The notes below the pieces were generated by a model. The model did not search any database. It was given only the letters and a program-made list of their open reading frames with translations, and was not told the DNA's origin. 51,724 bases of DNA from Nitrospirota bacterium. Lineage in GTDB: Bacteria; Nitrospirota; Thermodesulfovibrionia; Thermodesulfovibrionales; Dissulfurispiraceae. A program made the translations under genes and the position numbers. This document shows, piece by piece, positions 1-7,031 of the stretch (within the stretch, counting starts at the first letter, position 1; each line of letters opens with the position of its first letter). The stretch is from contig JBFMCP010000022.1 in assembly GCA_040754455.1 (NCBI GenBank), positions 2,573 through 54,296 on the forward strand, given 5' to 3'.

Positions 1-295
1 GTCTGAGAGACATATCCAATAAAACAAGGATTGAAACATTCTTCAGAATCTTCTGAGGAGTCTGAAGATGAGTCTGAGAGACATATCCAATAAAACAAGG
101 ATTGAAACATTTTAGGGGCCATGCTATCACCTTTTACAATAAGGCCGTCTGAGAGACATATCCAATAAAACAAGGATTGAAACTCACTATCACAGCAAGA
201 GACTTACAGGACATAGCCCCCCGGTTCGTTGAAGAAAGGAAGCGACTCGATTAAACTTGAGTACCCAAAAACACCAAGATTTAAAGGAGTCGCTT

Positions 296-1159
296 ATGAA
301 GAATAATCGCAGAATCATGCAGAGAAAAGCAACAGGGAAGATCAGAGAGGTATCAGAGGGGAAGGTAACGGTGGAGGTACCCCTGCCACTGGCGTCAGTG
401 CTGATGGGTATGCCTCAGGTGATCCGGGAATTGGCACAGGACATGGGCATCCTGCTGATGACGGCGGTAATGGAATCCGAATGCGCCCTGGGGCTGGATA
501 AGGACGGCAGGAAGCACATTATGGGTTTGCGTGAAGGCGCTACGGAGAACAAGGAAGTGTGCATCGGACTTCTTGAGGACATGGCCCGGCGCGGCTTATC
601 GGTCAGCAAGGATTATCTGTTTGTGCTTGACGGCTCCAAGGCGCTGAGGTCTGCGGTGACGCGTATGTTTGGCAGCACGGTTGCGGTACAGAGGTGTCAG
701 CAGCACAAAAGGAGGAATGTGCGGGAGTATCTGCCGCCGGAGCACCAGGAGGCAATAGATGCACGTATTCGTGCAGCCTATGGCATGCTGGACTATGAGC
801 AGGCAAAGCACTCACTGGAGCTCACGGTGAAATATCTTGAGCGACTGAATCCGAGCGCAGCCGCCAGTTTACGAGAGGGTCTTGAGGAGACGCTCACGGT
901 GCATAGGCTGGGAATAACGGGCCTGCTCAGAAAGACGCTCTGCACGACTAATCCCATAGAGTCCTGCTTCTCGATGACCCGAGCTATTACGGGGCGAGTG
1001 AAGTGGTGGCGTAATGGTGAGATGGTGCACAGATGGGCGGTGGCAGCACTTCTGAGAGCGGAAATGAAGTTCAGACGGATAAAGGGCTACAGGGAAATAC
1101 CGAAGCTGATGGGTGCCTTGGGGCAGAAGAGCGTTGACAGAAAGGAGGTCGCTGCTTAA
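296..1159 (+). pseudogene. IS256 (Mutator-like) transposase with probable in-frame internal deletion
   Basis: Motifs ALGLDKDGRKHIMG, LDGSKAL, QRCQQHKRRN and TTNPIES are present, but the N-terminal segment joins directly to ALG at about 484/485. About 287 aa from ATG 296 (RBS AAGGAG 284-289), versus roughly 400 aa for typical members. Confidence 0.8.
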
Positions 1160-1162
1160 GAT
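1134..1162 (+). promoter_or_regulatory. Outward-facing sigma70 promoter in IS right end
   Basis: TTGACA (1134-1139) - 17 bp - TAAGAT (1157-1162). Confidence 0.7.
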
Positions 1163-1356
1163 AATGGCTGAGCCGCTTCTTCTTCAACGAAACCACGGGA
1201 CATCGTACATATCCAATAAAACAAGGATTGAAACACTACATATCGTGGTAGTTCCCATATATCTCTGTAAAAGATAGGGATCATCTTATCGGTCAGTATA
1301 AGATCGTATATTGATCAAACTCTGTCTAATAAAGGAGAGCCCCGTGTATAAGAGAC

Positions 1357-1402
1357 TTGCACGTCGACAAGGAAAAGGGTATAATGAACTAGTCTGACTA
1401 GT
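1357..1402 (+). promoter_or_regulatory. TA operon promoter and operator
   Basis: TTGCAC (1357-1362) - 17 bp - TATAAT (1380-1385); perfect palindrome ACTAGTC-T-GACTAGT (1388-1402) over the expected TSS; RBS AAGGAG 1403-1408. Confidence 0.8.
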
Positions 1403-1414
1403 AAGGAGCGTACT

Positions 1415-1666
1415 ATGAGAACATGGCAACTGCAAGAAGCGAAAGCACGTCTGAGTGAGGTGATTAGGCAGGCATCGAAAGAAGGTCCCCAGACTATTAC
1501 GATGCGCGGAGAGCCAGCTGCTGTGATTATTTCGAAAGACGAGTACGAACGGCTTAAACGCCCAAGGGAACGTTTTGTCGATTTTATGCGGAAATCGCCT
1601 CTCTATGGGGCGGATATTGACCTGAGACGCGAGCAGACACTAACTCGGGAAGCTGATATTTCATGA
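1415..1666 (+). CDS. Phd/YefM-family type II antitoxin
   Basis: 83 aa; WQLQEAKARLSEVI...GPQTITMRGEPAAVIIS signature; ATGA overlap with the toxin. Confidence 0.93.
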   Translation: MRTWQLQEAKARLSEVIRQASKEGPQTITMRGEPAAVIISKDEYERLKRPRERFVDFMRKSPLYGADIDLRREQTLTREADIS

Positions 1667-2082
1667 GCTATTTGCTCGATACGAATATTATCTCGGAGAC
1701 AATACGACGACAGCAAAATAAGCTGGTAATCGGATGGCTTGAACAGATTCCGGCTGACGCGCTTTTTGTGAGCGTCCTGACCCTTGGAGAAATTCGAAAA
1801 GGCGTTGAGAGGCTTACAGATAAAAAAAGGCGTGAGAAGTTGCGCACATGGCTGGAGCATGATCTTCCGGCGTGGTTCGAGGAGCGGGTGCTTCCAGTTG
1901 ATCTTGCTGTATCCGATCGTTGGGGCAGACTGCTTGCCGAGGTAGGCCGCCCAGTCCCCACCATCGATAGTCTCCTTGCCGCCACGGCATTACATTACGA
2001 ATTGCGGCTGATTACACGAAATGCCAGAGATTTCGATTATCCCGGGCTTGAAGTGATTAATCCTTGGCAGAATGGGACCTGA
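1663..2082 (+). CDS. vapC: VapC-family PIN-domain toxin (ribonuclease)
   Basis: 139 aa; YLLDTNIISE, TLGEI, IDSLLAATA and LITRNARDF retain the acidic PIN catalytic residues. Confidence 0.95.
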   Translation: MSYLLDTNIISETIRRQQNKLVIGWLEQIPADALFVSVLTLGEIRKGVERLTDKKRREKLRTWLEHDLPAWFEERVLPVDLAVSDRWGRLLAEVGRPVPTIDSLLAATALHYELRLITRNARDFDYPGLEVINPWQNGT

Positions 2083-2204
2083 TCTGACTGTACACTGCCT
2101 GTAAGGTCAAGCGCTGATAACTACATTTGAGAGACATATCCAATAAAACAAGGATTGAAACTGAGAATGTGTTGAATGTAGCAAAGTCGCCTCTCGCCAA
2201 AGGA

Positions 2205-3716
2205 TCAGGGGAACAGCTTTACTTGGTCTTTTCTCAGCTGAGCAAAGTTCTCTTTCGGGAAATGAAAAAGGGGTTTGAAAATCCTGTTCATCAGGGTGAC
2301 TAATTGACGGAATTTGTAGGCATCGTGGTGGGAGTCTCCTTTTTGTTCTGAGGCGTACCAGCTCTGCTCGTCGGATATGCGGAGCTCGACCGCCAGGGTA
2401 TGCTGCTGGGTCTTCTTGCTGAGCCGGTCTCTCTTTGCGTAGAGGGGCGTCCCCGGGATCATGACTTTATTTGTTTTGGCGGTGCGGTGAATCGGCAGGG
2501 AAAAGTTTATCTTGCATTGGAACTTCCTATGCCCCAGAGAGGAATGCAGGTTCTCCGCCGCGTTCACGCTCAGGGCTTTGAAGAATTGTTTTGCGTTGAC
2601 AAGCAGCTCTTTCTTCCCGGGTATTTTGTTTTTGCCCTCGCTCCGCGAAAGGCTGACCATCAGCCGCCGTACTGCTTCCATCATGCTTTCCGGGGTATCG
2701 AACAGCGTCTGGGTTATGGAATGAGAGAGCGTGTTTTCCTGCAAAATGACGCCCCTCTTCTGCAGTGCATGGAAAAGAGTGAGGGTGTCATCCTTGCTCT
2801 TCAGGATAAAGGTGATCGCAAGGATGTCCCGTATATCATGAGCTTCGCCTTCCACACTCTTCCCCAGCTTGGTGAACATGCTTTCCGGGCTCTTCAGCCT
2901 GGCTTTAATGTCGGCAATGTCGACCATAACGCCGTCGCCGCTGTTGAAGACCAGGCATCCCTTTTCCGCATCAAACAGTACCGACTCTTTCAGCTTGTGG
3001 AAGAACGTGGAGATCTTGACGAACGCCTTTTGGGCGGACTCGCTTTCAGGGAGGCGGCCCGGACGCGCCCAGTTGTAATTGTAGAGGTCATCAAGACTCT
3101 GGCCCTCTGTTTCGAGAAAGAGCCCGAGCTGTGCATAATCGTTGATATCCTGGCTGTCCTCTTCAATTGACTTGATCAAGTGGCACATTTTGAGAATGGC
3201 GCACGCAAGCTGCTGCCACTCTGCGGGGACGTTCATGTTCTTCCGTTTGAAGCCATAAAAAATGTGAGGGTATTTCCTTGATGAGGCTAGGAGGAAGAGG
3301 TGGCGCGGGTCCTCACTGATGATAGCCCGGAACCTCGCGCTCTTCAATATCGATTCTACTGCTCCGACGGTCTTGAGGCAATGACGGTAAAGACCGGCGT
3401 TCCGTGATGGTATCTTGACGAGCCCTCTGAGTTGACCTTTTACAAAGGGAAACAGCCAGCCGAAGAAGTACTTGTAAACGCAGGTAACGTATCTCTGTGC
3501 CCTCTCTTTTTCACTCTTCTGCAGGCTGCCATCGGCGCGAATATCAAAACCGCGATTGCCCATCATTTTGGTCGCCTGTCTCAGACCTGCCTCATAATCC
3601 ATGGCGTGCAACAAGAGATAGGGGGTCATCTCGGTCCTGTCCAGAACAGAGCCGAAAATATCGTGATACAGCTCCTGCCGTGATGATTTTTGGTTCATGA
3701 GTGATCTCTTACCCAC
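2205..3716 (-). CDS. Divergent RelA/SpoT-synthetase-like nucleotidyltransferase (TIGR04552/TIGR04562-like)
   Basis: 503 aa; KARLKSPESMFTKL, HDIRDILAITFI, SLGHRKFQ, VELRISD and SHHDAYKFRQ occur in the order of RSH SYNTH motifs but are divergent; no HD hydrolase, TGS or ACT domain recognised. Confidence 0.6.
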   Translation of the reverse strand: MGKRSLMNQKSSRQELYHDIFGSVLDRTEMTPYLLLHAMDYEAGLRQATKMMGNRGFDIRADGSLQKSEKERAQRYVTCVYKYFFGWLFPFVKGQLRGLVKIPSRNAGLYRHCLKTVGAVESILKSARFRAIISEDPRHLFLLASSRKYPHIFYGFKRKNMNVPAEWQQLACAILKMCHLIKSIEEDSQDINDYAQLGLFLETEGQSLDDLYNYNWARPGRLPESESAQKAFVKISTFFHKLKESVLFDAEKGCLVFNSGDGVMVDIADIKARLKSPESMFTKLGKSVEGEAHDIRDILAITFILKSKDDTLTLFHALQKRGVILQENTLSHSITQTLFDTPESMMEAVRRLMVSLSRSEGKNKIPGKKELLVNAKQFFKALSVNAAENLHSSLGHRKFQCKINFSLPIHRTAKTNKVMIPGTPLYAKRDRLSKKTQQHTLAVELRISDEQSWYASEQKGDSHHDAYKFRQLVTLMNRIFKPLFHFPKENFAQLRKDQVKLFP

Positions 3717-3884
3717 TCAATATTATAGCTTATAACTGTTGCAGTAAAAACAGATTCAGAGGCACCGGAGGCGTGCCGCCGCAGCAGAGGTATGTTGCAT
3801 AAGCGGCCCTGCCTTGCATCACGACTACTGTACCGTTTATCATTAGTGATTCCGTGATGTGCAGTTGTGAGGAGAACTTCTTTT

Positions 3885-5060
3885 ATGTCCGTTCAGACAG
3901 GACTCGATAGATTCGATAAAGAGTGGCCCAGGATATTGAGAGGCGCGCGGGTGGGGCTGCTGGTGCATCCGGCGTCGGTGGATAGAAGACTCGACCATGC
4001 GACCGATCTCTTTCTGAAATGCAAAAAGTTCGAAATGCGGGCATTCTTCGGCCCGCAGCACGGCATCCGCGGCGAAACGCAGGACAACATGATCGAGTGG
4101 GAAGGGTTCACGGACAAGAGGACCGGACTCCCTGTGTATAGCCTCTACGGCCAGACCAGAAAACCCACGCCTGAAATGCTCGCCGGTGTCGATGTGTTGG
4201 CGATCGATATGCAGGACGTCGGCGCACGCTACTACACTTTTATATGGACCATGGAGCTCTGCATGCAGGCGTGCCTCGAAGCAGGCAGGTCGGTTGTTGT
4301 CCTTGACCGTCCCAATCCCATTGGCGGAACGCTTGTGGAAGGGCCGGTGCTCGATCAGTCATATGCGTCGTTTGTCGGCCAGCGACCGCTGCCTGTACGC
4401 CACGGCATGACCGTGGGGGAAATTGCGCTGTATCTGAAAGAGACCTTTTATCCGGAGCTCGATCTCCACGTTATTCCCGTTAAGGGCTGGAAGCGGAAGG
4501 TATTGTTTGATAAAACAGGGTTGCCCTGGGTGCTGCCTTCGCCGAACATGCCGACGCTGGATACGGCAGTCGTCTATCCGGGCATGTGCCTCCTCGAAGG
4601 CACGATGCTGAGCGAGGGGCGAGGGACGACACGGCCGTTCGAAATATTCGGTGCTCCTTACATTGACCCCGAAGCATTGGTCAAGCGGCTCAAAGAATAC
4701 AAGCTCCCGGGCGCTGTCTTCAGACCCGTGTTCTTTCAGCCCACCTTCCAGAAGCATGCAGGCATGCTCTGCGGCGGGGCGCAGATCCATGTGACCGGCA
4801 GAGAAGAATTCCGGCCTTTCAAGACCGCTGTTGCGGTGCTCAAGGCAGTGTATGACCTCTATCCTGACGATTTCCTCTGGAAGCAACCGCCCTATGAATA
4901 TGAGGCCGAGAAGATGCCCATCGATATCCTCGCCGGCACCGACAGGCTCAGAAAAGAGATCGAAGGCGGTGAACGGCTGAAGCATATAGAAGCGTGGTGG
5001 GGCGAGCAGTGCCGTTCATTCCAGCAGAAGGTAAGGAAGAGATTCCTGCTCTATGCATAG
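3885..5060 (+). CDS. namZ: Exo-beta-N-acetylmuramidase NamZ (DUF1343)
   Basis: FGPQHGIRG, YSLYG, DMQDVGARYYT, LDRPNP, RHGMT, PSPNMPT and SEGRGTTRPFE motifs; ATG 3885 preferred over the ORF-track start at 3867. Confidence 0.9.
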   Translation: MSVQTGLDRFDKEWPRILRGARVGLLVHPASVDRRLDHATDLFLKCKKFEMRAFFGPQHGIRGETQDNMIEWEGFTDKRTGLPVYSLYGQTRKPTPEMLAGVDVLAIDMQDVGARYYTFIWTMELCMQACLEAGRSVVVLDRPNPIGGTLVEGPVLDQSYASFVGQRPLPVRHGMTVGEIALYLKETFYPELDLHVIPVKGWKRKVLFDKTGLPWVLPSPNMPTLDTAVVYPGMCLLEGTMLSEGRGTTRPFEIFGAPYIDPEALVKRLKEYKLPGAVFRPVFFQPTFQKHAGMLCGGAQIHVTGREEFRPFKTAVAVLKAVYDLYPDDFLWKQPPYEYEAEKMPIDILAGTDRLRKEIEGGERLKHIEAWWGEQCRSFQQKVRKRFLLYA

Positions 5061-6972
5061 GTCCCTTATCTGCTTCATCCCCGCCGCCGGTCTCGGCGAG
5101 CGGCTGCGCCCCATAACCAACCATATCCCGAAGCCGCTTCTCCCCCTTATGGGGAAGCCCGTCCTGCAGTTTGTTCTCGAGCGGGCATCCGCACTGGAGG
5201 TTGACGGCATCGGCATCAATCTCCACTATAAGAAGGAACTGATTGAACAATGGATACAATACTCGTCCTTCAAAGAAAGGATAACGCTTTTCCCCGAGGA
5301 CCCCATACTCGATACCGGCGGCGCTTTGAAGAATGCCGAAAGCTTCCTGAGCGGCAGCACCTTTCTGGTACATAATGCCGATATTTTCTCGAATATCGAT
5401 CTGGGGAAACTCCTCGATCGCCATTATGCTTCAGGAAACCTCGCGACGCTTGCGGTGCATGACTGCCCCCGATTCAACCATGTCGCCATCGATGAGAGGG
5501 GACTGCTCAAGGGGGTCGGCAAAAACTATCCTAAACCGGAAGCAGAGCGCTGGGTCGCCTTTACCGGCATTGCTGTCTATGCCCCGGAATTTCTGAAGTT
5601 TCTACCCGAGGGGAAATCGAGTGTTGTCGATGCGTGGCTGAAAGCCGTATATCACGGGCATGCGGTCGGGACCTTCGATGTAAGCGGATGCTACTGGAGC
5701 GACATCGGGACCCCCGCCGCCTACGCCGCCACGGTCCTGGAGGTGATGAAATCATCCGGAGAGACGGTATTCATTCACCCCTCGGTGCAAGGCTGCAGTG
5801 AAGCCTCACTGGATGGGTATCTGGCGATCGAGAGCAGAAGCGTTATTGAACGGGGTAGTGCTCTCAGGAATTGCATTGTGCTTCCTGGGAGCAAGGTCGG
5901 AATGAGAAATGAAAAAAGTAATCTCCCCGTCTCCCCTTCAGTAAAGGGGGGCGAGGGGGGACTCTTATATGAGGATTGCATTATCGGTCCCGGTTTTGTC
6001 GTTCCGGTGAATGAAGCGGAAGGAGGACGTACGACTGATGACGATGTGCTTATCGGTATCGGCGGATCTGACAGAAGGTATTATCGGACAAGAAGAGGCG
6101 GAGAGACCGTCGTGCGCATGCAATGTCAGCCCGGCGACCCTGATTATGCCCGCCATTTGGAGTACACGCGCTTCTTCCGGAAGCATGCTGTTCCCGTCCC
6201 CGAACTGATTGAGGAGCATCCCGCTGCCATGGGCGCGCTCTTCGAGGACCTCGGCGACCTCTCTCTCTACAGCTGGCTGAAATGCCCGAGGAACGGAGAT
6301 CAAATCGAGGAGATGTACCGGAAAGTCCTCGATATCGCGGTGCTACTGCACACGACCGCAACAGATCATGTTTCCGAGTGCCGGTCTCTACAGGAGAGAG
6401 TTTTTGATTACGGCCATCTGCGGTGGGAGACGGCGTACTTTATCGAACGATTCGTTGAGGGATTAAGAAACATTGCCATCGAAAAACCTTCTGTATTGCA
6501 GGACGAATTCCACCGGCTTGCCGCAGCGGTTGATGCCTTTCCGAAGACAATCGTCCACCGGGATTTCCAGTCGCAGAATATTATGATTGTAAAGGGCACC
6601 TCCCCGCGCCTCATCGATTATCAGGGCGCACGGCTGGGACCCTCGGCGTATGATATCGCATCCATGCTGTGGGACCCCTATTATCGTCTCGAAGGCGACA
6701 TGAGAGATCGGTTGCTGGATTATTATGTAGCTGGAATGAGTGGATCCGATGAGCGATTCGATGCTGAGGCATTCAGAAGGACCCTTCTCCCCTGCAGGCT
6801 CCAGCGGCATATGCAGGCGCTGGGGGCATACGGCTTTCTTTCGAAGGTAAAGGGTAAGAAATACTTCCTCAAACATGTGCCGGAAGCATTGCGGATGCTG
6901 AAAGAAGAGACCGCACTTGCAAGAGAGGAATATCCCACTCTGTACAAGCTGGTAAGCAGGCTTTGGGAATAA
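5053..6972 (+). CDS. Fused MurU-like nucleotidyltransferase / AmgK-like anomeric MurNAc kinase
   Basis: N-terminal AAGLGERLRPIT..PKPL, LDTGG and WSDIGT; central hexapeptide-like segment; C-terminal GGSDRRYYR, HRDFQSQNI, IDYQGARLGP and QRHMQALGAYGFL; overlaps namZ. Confidence 0.85.
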   Translation: MHRSLICFIPAAGLGERLRPITNHIPKPLLPLMGKPVLQFVLERASALEVDGIGINLHYKKELIEQWIQYSSFKERITLFPEDPILDTGGALKNAESFLSGSTFLVHNADIFSNIDLGKLLDRHYASGNLATLAVHDCPRFNHVAIDERGLLKGVGKNYPKPEAERWVAFTGIAVYAPEFLKFLPEGKSSVVDAWLKAVYHGHAVGTFDVSGCYWSDIGTPAAYAATVLEVMKSSGETVFIHPSVQGCSEASLDGYLAIESRSVIERGSALRNCIVLPGSKVGMRNEKSNLPVSPSVKGGEGGLLYEDCIIGPGFVVPVNEAEGGRTTDDDVLIGIGGSDRRYYRTRRGGETVVRMQCQPGDPDYARHLEYTRFFRKHAVPVPELIEEHPAAMGALFEDLGDLSLYSWLKCPRNGDQIEEMYRKVLDIAVLLHTTATDHVSECRSLQERVFDYGHLRWETAYFIERFVEGLRNIAIEKPSVLQDEFHRLAAAVDAFPKTIVHRDFQSQNIMIVKGTSPRLIDYQGARLGPSAYDIASMLWDPYYRLEGDMRDRLLDYYVAGMSGSDERFDAEAFRRTLLPCRLQRHMQALGAYGFLSKVKGKKYFLKHVPEALRMLKEETALAREEYPTLYKLVSRLWE

Positions 6973-7031
6973 AGCCAGGACGTATATGTTTGGGCAAAAA
7001 GCCCGGCAAAGAAATATGATACACTTTAGGT

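Larger units (their letters stand above)
212..1204 (+). mobile_element. IS256-family insertion sequence, internally deleted
   Basis: Imperfect terminal inverted repeats: left ...CCGGTTCGTTGAAGAAAGGAAGCG (about 212-244), right CGCTTCTTCTTCAACGAAACCACGGGACATC (about 1174-1204). They flank an IS256-type transposase ORF. Ends uncertain by a few bp; no clear 8-9 bp target duplication. Confidence 0.85.
1..2161 (+). CRISPR. CRISPR array (trailer end), interrupted by an IS and a TA operon
   Basis: Identical 37-bp repeats at 1-37, 72-108 and 147-183; spacers of 34 bp (38-71) and 38 bp (109-146); 5'-truncated repeat at 1207-1234 (repeat positions 10-37); terminal repeat with 2 mismatches at 2125-2161. 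The 3' end ATTGAAAC is typical of Class 1 (type I/III) repeats and indicates + orientation. The array may continue left of the window. Confidence 0.95.

Noticed and set aside
1278..1320. Possible degenerate CRISPR repeat ending ATTGATCAAAC
   Set aside because: Ungapped identity to the repeat is only about one third. The ATCTTAT-N8-ATAAGAT palindrome at 1283-1304 is real but unassigned.
1344..1356. GTGTATAAGAGAC matches 13 nt of the Tn5/Nextera mosaic end
   Set aside because: Lacks the terminal AG and the AGAT start, and runs directly into a well-formed promoter. Probably chance, but reads here are worth checking.
1350..1363. 12/14 match between spacer 3 (197-210) and the TA -35 region, suggesting CreTA-like repression
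   Set aside because: Short, confined to the spacer's 3' half with no 5' seed match; plausible by chance.
203..2105. CTTACAGG / CCTGTAAG inverted pair as ends of a composite IS+TA element
   Set aside because: Only 8 bp; a CRISPR repeat lies inside; the IS has its own ends.
2400..3170. 256-aa + strand ORF and other long antisense ORFs (e.g. 8405-9442, 9799-10674, 16128-17162, 20220-21224, 26222-27256, 41296-42693)
   Set aside because: Shadow frames opposite well-supported genes, with no recognisable motifs.
1..3716. cas genes for the array
   Set aside because: No Cas motifs recognised in any ORF; subtype cannot be assigned from this window.
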